From: Cyanophora paradoxa CCMP329 | Taxonomy: Eukaryota > Plantae > Glaucophyta | NCBI GenBank assembly: GCA_004431415.1 | Contig: QPMI01000588.1 | Location: forward strand, 208,834 to 272,833 | DNA length: 64,000 nucleotides | Direction of reading: 5' to 3' | Shown: in pieces, positions 36,720 through 47,816 of the stretch | How positions within the stretch are numbered: position 1 is the first letter of the stretch | Layout of the letters: each line of letters starts with the position of its first letter | Notes under the pieces: generated by a model | Databases searched by the model: none | What the model was told of the DNA's origin: nothing | What the model saw: only the letters and a program-made list of their open reading frames with translations | Position numbers and translations under genes: made by a program

Positions 36720-39700
36720 CGCACCCTTGCGCAACCCGGGCCCCCGCACCGCAGCTCGGCTCGCCGCCGCCGCCGGACCTGCCTGCGCAGGGCGGGCCGG
36801 CCGCTGGCCCGCCTGCGGCACTCCCCGGCTGGAGCCCAGGGCTCCACCTCCGTCCCGAGGTCCGAAAACGACCTCGCGCGGCCCCGCACCGCCACGCCAC
36901 CCGCCGCCGCCGCCTGACCTGCTTGCGCGGGGCGGGCCGGCCGCTGGCTCGCACGCAGCGCTCCCCGGCTGGAGCCGCTGAGCCCAGGGCTCCGCCTCCG
37001 TCCCGAGGTCCGTCACGGCCTCGCGCGGCACCCGCGCCGCCGCTCGACCCGCCGCCGCCGCCTGACCTGCTTACGCAGGGCGGGCCGGCCGCTGGCTCGC
37101 CTGCCGCGCTCTCCGGCTGGAGCCTTGGTCTCCACCTCCGCCCCGAGGTCCGTCACGGCCTCGCGCGGCCCCGTGCCGCCGCTCGACCCGCCACCGTGGC
37201 ACCGCCGCCTGACCTGCTTGCACAGGGCGGGCCGACCGCTGGCGCGCCTGCGACGCTCCCCGGCTGGAGCCCAGGGCTCCACCTCCGCCCCGAGGTCCGA
37301 AAACGACCTCGCACGGCCCCGCCCCCCGCGCCACCCGCCGCCGCCGCCTGACCTGCTTGCGCAGGGCGGCCGACCGCTGGCTCGCCTGCGGCGCTCTCCG
37401 GCTGGAGCCCAGGGCTCCGCCTCCGCCCCGAGGTCCGTCACGGCCTCGCGCGGCCCCCGCGCCGCCGCTCGACCCGCCGCCGCAGCCTGATCTGCTTGCG
37501 CAGGGCGGGCCGGCCGCTGGCTCGCCTGCCGCGCTCTCCGGCTGGAGCCCTTGGGCTCCACCTCCGCCCCGAGGCCCGTCACGGCCTCGCGCGGCCCCCG
37601 CACCGCCGCTCAACCCGCCACCGTGGCACCGCCGCCTGTCCTGCTTGCGCAGGCGGGCCGGCCGCTGGCTCGCCTGCGGCGCTCCCCGGCTGGAGCCCCG
37701 GGCCCCACCTCCGCCCCGAGGTCCGAAAACGACCTCGCGCGGCCCCACGCCCGCGCTCGACCCGCCGCCGCCGCATAACCTGCTTACGTAGGGCGGGCCG
37801 GCCGCTGGTGCGCATGCAGCGCTCCCCGGCTGGAGCCCAGGGCTCCACCTCCGCCCCGAGGTCCGTCACGGCCTCGCACGGCCCCGCGCCGCCGCTCGAC
37901 CCGCCGCCGCCGCCTGACCTGCTTGCGCAGGGCGGGCCGACCGCTGGCTCGCCTGCCGCGCTCTCCGGCTGGAGCCTTGGTCTCCACCTCCGCCCCGAGG
38001 TCCGTCACGGCCTCGCGCGGCCCCGTGCCGCCGCTCGACCCGCCACCGTGGCACCGCCGCCTGACCTGCTTGCACAGGGCGGGCCGACCGCTGGCGCGCC
38101 TGCGACGCTCCCCGGCTGGAGCCCAGGGCTCCACCTCCGCCCCGAGGTCCGAAAACGACCTCGCACGGCCCCGCCCCCCGCGCCACCCGCCGCGCCGCCT
38201 GACCTGCTTGCGCAGGGCGGGCCGACCGCTGGCTCGCCTGCGGCGCTCTCCGGCTGGAGCCCAGGGCTCCGCCTCCGCCCCGAGGTCCGTCACGGCCTCG
38301 CGCGGCCCCCGCGCCGCCGCTCGACCCGCCGCCGCAGCCTGATCTGCTTGCGCAGGGCGGGCCGGCCGCTGGCTCGCCTGCCGCGCTCTCCGGCTGGAGC
38401 CCTTGGCTCCACCTCCGCCCGAGGCCCGTCACGGCCTCGCGCGGACCCCGCACCGCCGCTCAACCCGCCACCGTGGCACCGCCGCCTGTCCTGCTTGCGC
38501 AGGGCGGGCCGGCCGCTGGCTCGCCTGCGGCGCTCCCCGGCTGGAGCCCCGGGCCCCACCTCCGCCCCGAGGTCCGAAAACGACCTCGCGCGGCCCCACG
38601 CCCGCGCTCGACCCGCCGCCGCCGCATAACCTGCTTACGTAGGGCGGGCCGGCCGCTGGTGCGCATGCAGCGCTCCCCGGCTGGAGCCCAGGGCTCCACC
38701 TCCGCCCCGAGGTCCGTCACGGCCTCGCACGGCCCCGCGCCGCCGCTCGACCCGCCGCCGCCGCCTGACCTGCTTGCGCAGGGCGGGCCGGCCGCTGGCC
38801 CGCCTGCGGCGCTCTCCGGCTGGAGCCTTGGGCTTCACCTCCGCCCCGAGGTCCGTCACGGCCTCGCGCGGCCCCGCACCGCCGCTCGACTCGCCGCCGC
38901 CGCCGGACCTGCTTACGCAGGGCGGGCCGGCCGCTGGCTCGCATGCGACGCTCTCGGGCTGGAGCCCTTGGGGCCCCACCTCCGCCCCGAGGTCCGTCAC
39001 GGCCTCGCGCGGCCCCGTGCCGCCGCGCGACCTGCCGCCGCCGCCTGACCTGCTTGCGCAGGGCGGGCCGACCGCTGGCTCGCCTGCGACATTCGCCGGT
39101 TGGAGCCCTTGGGCCCCACCTCCACCCCGAGGTCTGAAGCGGCCTCGCGCGACCCCCGCGCCGCCGCCCGACACACCGCTGCCGCCTGACCTGCTTGCGC
39201 AGGGCAGGCCGGCCGCTGGCTCGCCTGCCGCGCTCTCCGGCTGGAGCCCAGGGCTCCACCTCCGCCCCGAGGTCCGTCACGGCCTCGCGCGGCCCCGCGC
39301 TGCCGCTCGACCCGCCGCCGCCGCATAACCTGCTTGCGCAGGGCGGGCCGGCCGCTGGCTTGCATGCAGCCCTCCCGGCCGGAGCCTTGGTCTCCACCGC
39401 CGCCCCGAGGTCCGTCACGGCCTAGCGCGGCCCCGCGCCGCCGCTCGACCTCCGCCGCCGCATAACCTGCTTGCGCAGGGCGGGCCGACCGCTGGCTCGC
39501 CTGCGGCGCTCCCCGGCTGGAGCCCAGGGCTCCGCCTCCGCCCCGAGGTACGTCACGGCTTCGCGAGGCCCCGCGCTGCCGCTCGACACGCCGCCGCCGC
39601 CTGACCTGCTTGCGCAGGGCGGGCCGGCCGCTGGCTCGCACGCAGCACTCCCCGGCTGGAGCCCAGGGCTCCACCTCCGCCCCGAGGTCCGTCATGGCCT

Positions 39701-42700
39701 CGCGCGGCCCCGCGCTGCTGCTCGACCCGCCGCCACCACATAACCTGCTTGCGCAGGGCGGGCCGACCGCCGTCTCGCCTGCGGTACTCTCCGGCTGGGG
39801 CCCAGGGCCCCACCTACGCCCCGAGGTCTGTCACGGCCTCGTGCGTCCCCGCGCCGCCGCTCGACCCACCGCCGCCGCCTGACCTGCTTGCGCAGGGCGG
39901 GCCGGCCACTGGCTCGCCTGCCGCGCTCTCCGGCTGGGGCCCAGGGCTCCACTTCCGCCCCGAGGTCCATCACGGCCTCGCGCAGCCCCGCGCTGCCGCT
40001 CGACCCGCCGCCGCGCATCACCTGCTGGCGCAGGGCGGGCTGGCCGCTGGCTCGCACGCAGCGCTCCCCGGCTGCGCCCAGGGCTCCACCTCCGCCCCGA
40101 GGTCCGTCTCGGCCTCGCGCGGCTTCGGGCTGCCGCTCAACCCACCGCCGCCGCATGACCTGCTGGCGCGGGGCTGGCCGGCCGCTGGCTCGCATGCAGC
40201 GCTCCCCGGCTGGAGCCCAAGGCCCCACCTCCGCCCCGAGGTCCGAAAACGACCTCGCGCGGCCCCGCACCGCCGCGCCACCCGCCGCCGCCGCGTAACC
40301 TGCTTGCGCAGGGCGGGCCGGCCGCTGGCTCGCACACAGCGCTCCCCGGCTGGAGCCAGGGCTCTACCTCCGCCCGAGGTCCATCACGGCCTCGTGCGGC
40401 CCGCACTGCCGCTCGACCAGCCGCCGCCGCAAAACCTGCTTGCGCAGGGCGGGCCGTCCGCTGGCTCGCATACAGCGCTCCCCGGCTGGAGCCCAGGGCC
40501 CCACTTCCGCCCCGAGGTCCGTCACGGCTTCGCGCGGCCCCGCGCTGCTGCTCGACATGCCACTGCCGCCTGACCTGCTTGCGCAGGGCGGGCCGCTGGT
40601 GCGCATGCAGCGCTCCCCGGCTGGAGCCCAGGGCCACACTTCCGCCCCGAGGTCCGTCACGGCCTCGCGCGGCCCGCGCTGCTGCTCGACCCGCCGCCGC
40701 CCCAGAACCTGCCTGCGCAGGGCCGGCCGCTGGTGCGCATGCAGCGCTCCCCGGCTGGAGCCCAGGGCTCCACCACCGCCCCGAGGTCCGCCACGGCCTC
40801 GCGCTCCCCTGTGCTGCGCTCGACACGCCGCCGCCGCATAACCTGCCTGCGCAGGGCGGGCCGGCCGCTGGCTCGTCCGCAGCGCCCCCCGGCTGGAGCT
40901 CAAGGCGTTACCACCGCCCAGAGGTCCGTCACGGCCTCGCCCGACCCCGCGCTGCCGCTCGACCCGCCGCCGCCGCATACCCTGCTTGCGCAGGGCGGGC
41001 CGGCCGCTGGCTCGTATGCAGCGCTTCACGGCTGGAGCCCAGGGCTCCACCTCCGCCCCGAGGTACGTCACGGCTTCGCGAGGCCCCGCGCTGCGCTCGA
41101 CACGCCGCCGCCGCCTGACCTGCTTGCGCAGGGCGGGCCGACCGCTGGCTCGCCTGCGACATTCGCCGGTTGGAGCCCTTGGGCCCCACCTCCACCCGAG
41201 GTCTGAAGCGGCCTCGCGCGACCCCCGCGCCGCCGCTCGACACACCGCTGCCGCCTGACCTGCTTGCGCAGGGCAGGCCGGCCGCTGGCTCGCCTGCCGC
41301 GCTCTCCGGCTGGAGCCCAGGGCTCCACCTCCGCCCCGAGGTCCATCACGGCCTCGCGCAGCCCCGCGCTGCTGCTCGACCCGCCGCCGCCGCATAACCT
41401 GCTTGCACAGGGCGGGCCGGCCTCTGGCTCGCATGCAGCGCTCCCCAACTGGAGTCCAGGGCTCCACCTCCGCCCCGAGGTCCGTCATGGCCTAGCGCGG
41501 CCCCGCGCTGCCGCTCGACCCGCCGCCGCCGCATAACCTGCTTGCGCAGGGCGGGCCGGCCGCTGGCTCGCATGCAGCCCTCCCCGGCCGGAGCCTTGGT
41601 CTCCACCGCCGCCCCGAGGTCCGTCACGGCCTAGCGCGGCCCCGCGCTGCAGCTCGGCGTACCGCCACTGCCTGACCTGCCTGCGCAGGGCGGGCCGGCC
41701 GCTGGCTCGCCTGCCGCGCTCTCCGGCTGGAGCCCTTGGGCTCCACCTCCGCCCCGAGGTCCGTTCACGGCCTCATGCGGCCCTGCACCACCACTCGACC
41801 GCCGCCGCCGCATAACCTGCTTGCGCAGGACGGGCCGGCCGCTGGCTCGCATACAGCGCTCCCGGCTGGAGCCCAGGGCTCCACCTCCGCCCCGAGGTCC
41901 GAAAACGACCTCGCGCGGCCCGCACCGCCGCGCCCCGCCGCCGCCGCCTGACCTGCTTGCGCAGGGCGGGCCGACCGCTGGCTCGCCTGCGGCGCTCTCC
42001 GGCTGGAGCCCAGGGCCCCGCCCCCGCCCCGAGGTCCGTCACGGCCTTGCGCGGCCCCGCGCCGCTGCTCGACCCGCCGCCGCCGCCTGACCTGCTTGCG
42101 CAGGGCGGGCCGGCCGCTGGCTCGCATGCCGCGCTCTCCAGCTGGAGCCCAGGGCTCCACCGCTACCCCGAGGTCCGTCACGGCCTCGCGCGGCCCCGCG
42201 CTGCAGCTCGGCGTACCGCCACTGCCTGACCCGCTGGCGCAGGGCGGGCCGGCCGCTGGCTCGTCCGCCGCGCTCTCCGGCTGGAGCCCAAGGCTCCACC
42301 GCCGCCCCGAAGCCCTTGACGGCCTCGCACGGCCCCACTCCACACCCGGCTTGCCGCCGCCGCCTGACCTACGGGTGCAGGGCGGGCCGGCCGCTGGCCC
42401 GCCCACCGCGCTCCTGCTGGAGCTCAAGGCTCCGCCACCTCCCGAGGTCTGCAGCGACCTCGCGCGGCCCGGCGCCGCCGCCCAGCTCGCTGCCTCCGCC
42501 TGATTGGCTGGCACAGGGCGGGCCGGCCCCTAGCCCGCCCGCGGCCGTCGGACGCTTCCTGGCTGGAGCTCAAGGCTCCGCCACCGCCCCAGGGCGGGCC
42601 GGCTGGTGGACCGCGCGCAGCGCCTCCTGCGGTAGCTAAAAGCTCCGCCGCCGCCCGAAGGTCCGTAGCGGCCTTGCGCGGCCCGCGCGGCCGCTCGACC

Positions 42701-43370
42701 GCTACCGCCGTCGGACCTACTCGCGAAGGGGCAGGCCGGTCGCTGGCTCGCCAGCAGCGCTCTCCTGCTGGAGCTCAAGCCTCCACCACCGCCCCGAGGT
42801 CTGCAGCGACCTCGCACGGCCCCGCACTGCCGCTCGGCTCGCCGCCGCGCCTCGCCTGCTTGCGCAGGGCGGGCCGGCCTCTGGCTCGCCCGCGTCGCCC
42901 CCTGCTGGAGCTCAAGGCTCCTTCGCGGCCCCGAGGTCCGTCACGACCTCGCGCGGCCCGCGCCGCCGCTCGACCCGCCGCCTCCGCCCGACCTGCTGGC
43001 GCAGGGCGGGCCGGCCCCTGGCTCGCCAGCCGCGCTCTCCTGCTGGAGCTCATGGCCCCATCACCGCCCGGGGTCCGTCACGGCCTCGCGCGGCCCCGCG
43101 CTGCCGCCGCCTCGCCTGCTGGCGCAGGGTGGGCTGACCGCTGGCTCGCCCACGGTGCTGTCCCACGGGCGCTCCAGGCCCTGAGGCCCCGCGACTGCTC
43201 CGCGGTCTTATGCGGCCCCCACGCCTCCGCGCGGCGCGCTTCCGCCGCCTAACCTGCTTGCACAGGGCAGGACGGTGGTGGGCTCACTTTCGGTGCTCAC
43301 CGGCTGGGATGGTTTTAGATTCCGCCGCGGCCCGAGGTCCGTAACGGCCTCGCGCGACTTCACGCCGACG
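36720..43370. repeat. GC-rich minisatellite, ~139-147-bp monomer, roughly 47 copies, diverging toward the right end
   Basis: GGAGCCCAGGGCTCCACCTCCGCCCCGAGGTCCGTCACGGCCTCGCGCGGCCCC...ACCTGCTTGCGCAGGGCGGGCCGGCCGCTGGCTCG at ~140-bp period. Confidence 0.97.
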
Positions 43371-43786
43371 CGCAGTGCGACCGCCTTGCCCGCCCTCCAC
43401 CCGTAGCGCGCCCCTGGCCCGCACGCCCAGCATGACTTGTCGGCGGCGGGGATCTGGCGGCGCAACTATCAAGCGCCGCCCCGGTTCGTCGACTGTCCAT
43501 AGGGGTACGACGAGAACCCCCCAGCCTTCTGTGCCGGCTCGTTCCCTCGGGCTTCTTGGCCCGCCCCGGCCCCATGTTGTTGTCCGAATTCACGCTCTCT
43601 GCCCGTCCCTCCTACAGCGCAGTGCGCTGGGGGATAGGGGCTCAGCGTCCGAGACACGTTGGGGTGGCGGGGGAGGAGGAAAGAGAGGGGGGGGGGGGGC
43701 AGGAGGAGGGTGGATCAACCCTCGCCCTCTTGATCACTTTTGTCCTTATGTATGCTATTCTGGCTGGCTGTGACCTGACTCTTGTT

Positions 43787-44343
43787 TGGTAGGGGGTACT
43801 GCATTCGTGCTGCGTTCGCTACGCTCACCCCGCGGCCTCCGGCGGCGGTACCCGGCTTCGGATCCCCGAACCCGGAAGAAACCGCGTACCCCTCCCCGGG
43901 GTACGCCGTTCGCCCCAACCGGCCCCACAAGGCGCGGCCCGAGGCCGAACGCGTACCCCGGAGAGGGGTACGGCGTCAGAGCGGCCCCGATCAAGTGTAC
44001 CCCGAGCGGGGTACCACGATCGGCCCCGCGACGGCCCCGAGCGGAGTACCCCCGAGCGGGGTACACCGTCTCGACCCGCAACGGCCCTCCCCGGGGTACA
44101 GGCGCCTAGCACGCTTACCCCGGAGAGTTCTTGTTCCGGAACTCGCAAGGGCGAGGCCGGAATGGCATACGGCGATCCGCCCTGGTCGATCGCCAACGTA
44201 TTATGATACGTGGTTCCCGGGAAAGCAGCCTTGAGCTGCCGTACCTCAGGGCCCAACCCGATGCGCTATCCCGTGCATCTAGCTAAGTAGTGTCAGGCGT
44301 AAGATAGCTAGGTCTTCTGCATTCGAATGAAGCGAGGCGTAAA
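43787..44343 (+). repeat. Split direct repeat B1
   Basis: Matches 45303-45857 apart from a few homopolymer indels. Confidence 0.96.
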
Positions 44344-44660
44344 TCGGGATTTGCGCTCTCAATGCGTAAATCGAGTTTTGCGCCGACGGAATGCGAACAA
44401 AGAAGACCGTAGCCGAGCGCCAGGCACGAAAGAGCTGAGCGACTCGCTAGCCGCGGAAGCGGCGCGAGGCGAGCACGGGATTAGCAGCAGGCTGCTGCGA
44501 GCGCCCCGCAAGGGACTAGCTGAGCTAGCCGTTGGGCCGAGCCGGCGGGCTTGAAGCCGCCGAGCTCCGGGGGGTACGCTGATTCGGGGTTTCCCTTCAC
44601 GCCCAGCTTCGCTCGCGGCCGCCCCAGGCCACGAAGCGACCAGCGGCGAAGCGAAATCGC
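44344..44660 (+). repeat. Split direct repeat A2
   Basis: Copy of 33889-34205, directly fused to B1 (GCGTAAA|TCGGGA). Confidence 0.96.
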
Positions 44661-45302
44661 GCCCGCCCACCTCCCCGCGATTTTTCCTTCCGGGGCGCCG
44701 AACCTCGCCACCCAGCGAGCCCCGGCGCCGCGAAAAGTTCGCGCAAAAAGGCAATGCATACGGCGACCAGCGCCAGCGTTCGCCGAGGGTATTATAATAC
44801 GTGGTTCCTTGCCGTCTCCTGTGCACACGGTTCCGGATGTTACTCCCGCTCGGTGCCGGCCACCAGCGCGGACGTGGTCGTGCACAGCTGATCCGTGGTA
44901 ATTTACAATGGTTCGTCGAAGATTCGGGCACGAACCGCGCAGACTCGGTGTACCGGTCGTCATTCGTGTTTCACGCGCGTCCGCTGGGCCCACTTGTGCC
45001 GGGCCGGGGTCCAGCGCGCCCCAAGAAACAGTCGCGCGGCTTCGTGGAGAATCTCGAGTTTTCCCCGCTGGGTTTTACCCTGTTTCCTCTGGACCCGTGG
45101 GTGCCGAGCCGGGGTCCAGCGCGCATGACCGTTACGCGGTTTTCCCGCGGTAACTTGCTGGTTTTCGAGTCTGCCGCCCCGGCGCGGGGGAGACTTCGCG
45201 CATGATTCGGAGTCCTGTTGGTTTTTGATGAGCTCGGTTGTCGTACGTTGTACGACTCCTTGGTCTCATGGTCGTCTGCGGACGACGGGCACGCTACGCG
45301 TG

Positions 45303-45857
45303 TGGTAGGGGGTACTGCATTCGTGCTGCGTTCGCTACGCTCACCCCGCGGCCTCCGGCGGCGGTACCGGCTTCGGATCCCCGAACCCGGAAGAAACCGC
45401 GTACCCCTCCCCGGGTACGCCGTTCGCCCCAACCGGCCCCACAAGGCGCGGCCCGAGGCCGAACGCGTACCCCGGAGAGGGGTACGGCGTCAGAGCGGCC
45501 CGATCAAGTGTACCCCCGAGCGGGGTACCACGATCGGCCCCGCGACGGCCCCGAGCGGAGTACCCCCGAGCGGGGTACACCGTCTCGACCCGCAACGGCC
45601 CTCCCCGGGGTACAGGCGCCTAGCACGCTTACCCCGGAGAGTTCTTGTTCCGGAACTCGCAAGGGCGAGGCCGGAATGGCATACGGCGATCCGCCCTGGT
45701 CGATCGCCAACGTATTATGATACGTGGTTCCCGGGAAAGCAGCCTTGAGCTGCCGTACCTCAGGGCCCAACCCGATGCGCTATCCCGTGCATCTAGCTAA
45801 GTAGTGTCAGGCGTAAGATAGCTAGGTCTTCTGCATTCGAATGAAGCGAGGCGTAAA
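45303..45857 (+). repeat. Split direct repeat B2 (right terminus)
   Basis: Copy of 43787-44343. Confidence 0.96.
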
Positions 45858-47816
45858 GAGGGGCCCGTCGCGCCCCTGCCGCGCGACCTGCGACCGCCTG
45901 AGGCCCCGCGCCCGGGCAAGACGCCCCGCAAGGCGGACAACCCGCGCCACTGGCGCTGCGGCCCGCCGCTGTACCCTCACCAGGACGACCCTGATGAGGG
46001 GCCCGAGGGCGGCGCCCCGGCGGCGTCGTCCTCCGCGGCCGCGTCGACCGCCGCCGCGACGGCCGGCTCCTCTGAGCCGCCGGCCGCCTCCGAGGCGCCC
46101 TCAAGCGGCGACGCCGGCTCGAGTGGCGGCCCGGCCGCAGGCCTCGAGCGAGAGGTCCTCTCGTCCAGCGCTATCGCCCCCGGCCTGAGCTGGCGAGGTC
46201 CGAGACCGCCGCAAGCCGCGCTTGCTCGAGCTGGTCCAGGACACTTGGGATTGCGCTCCGCCGCCTTCCCTCGACGGGCCCTTGCCGAGACCCTGCGGCA
46301 CATGTTCCCTGCCCGGCGAGTCAGGCTGCTCGCCGCGCAGAAGGCGGACCCGCTGTGCCGCAAGCTGTTCTCCTGGCTAGAGAATGGCGTGAACGAGGCC
46401 CGCTGCACGCGCGCCTCTTGCCACACGGGCGACTGCTACCTCTGCAGTCAGGCCAAGGCGGCCTTCGTCGGATTCGCTGGGAAATTCGACGTGGACACCG
46501 ACGGCGTGCTTGTCCGCCGCCCGGTCGCGCCTCACGGCCGCTTCGTGCCCGTCCTGCCTGAGTCTGGCAGGACGCGTCCTGTACGCGTACCACGATGGTG
46601 GGGCCACCGCGGCGCCTCGATCGTCGCCCGCCGGATCCTGCTGAGGTTCTGGTGGCCGGGCATGCTCGCGGCCGTAGCCCGCTACGTGCGGAGCTGCCCT
46701 GCTGCCAGTTCGCCAAGGCTGTGAAGCCGCGGCGAACTGCGATCGCAGTCATCGAGGCGAGGGCCGGAATGACTTGTGGCAGGTGGACGTGTTCCACCTC
46801 GACCGACGCCGCGCGGCAACCGCTATTTGGTCGCCTGGGTGAACGCGTGGGACAAGTACACGCGGCTGTACCAAAGGCCGACCTGGACGGCTGGTCCATG
46901 CTCGAGATGGGCCGAGACTTCGTCTCGAATGAGGGCGTGCCGCTGCGCCTCCTCATGGAAACGGGTCCAGCCTGAAGGGCGGCCCGTTCAACGAGTACTT
47001 CCGGAAGCTCGGGACTCGTTTCATTACGCCGCGGCGTACCACCATTCGACGAATGGGCTGGTAGAGCGGCTGGGAGGCGTCGTGAAGACGCTGCTCCACG
47101 CGGCGTGCCGCGCCGAGCGCGAGCCGATGCACGAGTGGACCAGCACGTGCACGAGGTGCAGCTGGCGCTCCGCACGACGTGCACGCGCCACGGGCTACTC
47201 GCCCGCGCTCCTGCACTGGGGCACGAGCTCACGCTGCCCGCGACGTGCGCTTCGGGGTCGAAATGCTCGACACCCTTAGCTACGCCGACTACGTCGCGAC
47301 CGTAGTGCGCGCCGCGAAGAGCCGCGATGACGCGGTCCGCGAGCACCGCCGCTGGTACCGCCGCCAAATGGTGCACCGGACGGGTGACCTGCCGGACCGT
47401 CGCCGCTTCGAAGTGGGGCGACAAAGTCCTGTGCTGGCTGGGCGACCGTGACAAGGGGTTGTTTAACTCCTGGGTCGGCCGTTCACCGTCATGGACGTGC
47501 ACCCGGGCGGGTAACGTACGTCGTGCGCGGCCTGGCCCGGCCCTACGGCGCCGTGGGCGCTGTCCGCCAGAAGGCCCGCGACACCCGCGAGACGATCGTG
47601 CACATCGATTGCATGATCCCGTTCCGATGCGCGATGCGAACGCGCCCGCGCGGCCGGCCCGAGGGCGGCCGCGGGCGGCGGGTGCACCGGGAGCCGCGGC
47701 CGCAGCGCGGCGGCCCGGCGGAGCAGCATGAGGAGCTGGCTCCGAGCCGCGTCCCGGCCCCACAGGAGGCGAGGACAGAGAGCGGCCGCGCCTGCAACTG
47801 CGCAGCGCGAGAGTGA
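45858..47816 (+). pseudogene. pol: Pol, part 2: linker and integrase (H2C2 finger, rve core, GPY/F-like tail), heavily frameshifted
   Basis: LLAAQKADP; GHRG...RILLRFWWPGMLAAVARYVRSCP; PTPRGNRYLV; AAYHHSTNGLVER; ATGYSPALL; TIVHIDCMIPF. Confidence 0.9.

Larger units (their letters stand above)
33889..45857 (+). mobile_element. Non-autonomous split-direct-repeat element (TOC1/PAT/Ngaro-type YR retroelement layout): A1-internal-B1-A2-spacer-B2, no TSD
   Basis: A1 33889-34205 = A2 44344-44660 (317 bp); B1 43787-44343 ~ B2 45303-45857; B1 abuts A2. Removing 33889-45857 rejoins host pol in frame (CGC TAC|GAG GGG, ...PRRY|EGPVAP...). Confidence 0.88.

Noticed and set aside
34429-43252. Long ORFs (up to 677 aa) inside the split-direct-repeat element
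   Set aside because: Arg/Ala/Pro/Gly-rich open frames in all six frames of very GC-rich repeats, with unit lengths not consistently divisible by 3; no YR, RT or gag motifs.
43787-44660. B1+A2 as an ordinary solo LTR
   Set aside because: It has no CA end, TSD or PPT, and its halves occur separately as the exact termini of the insertion.
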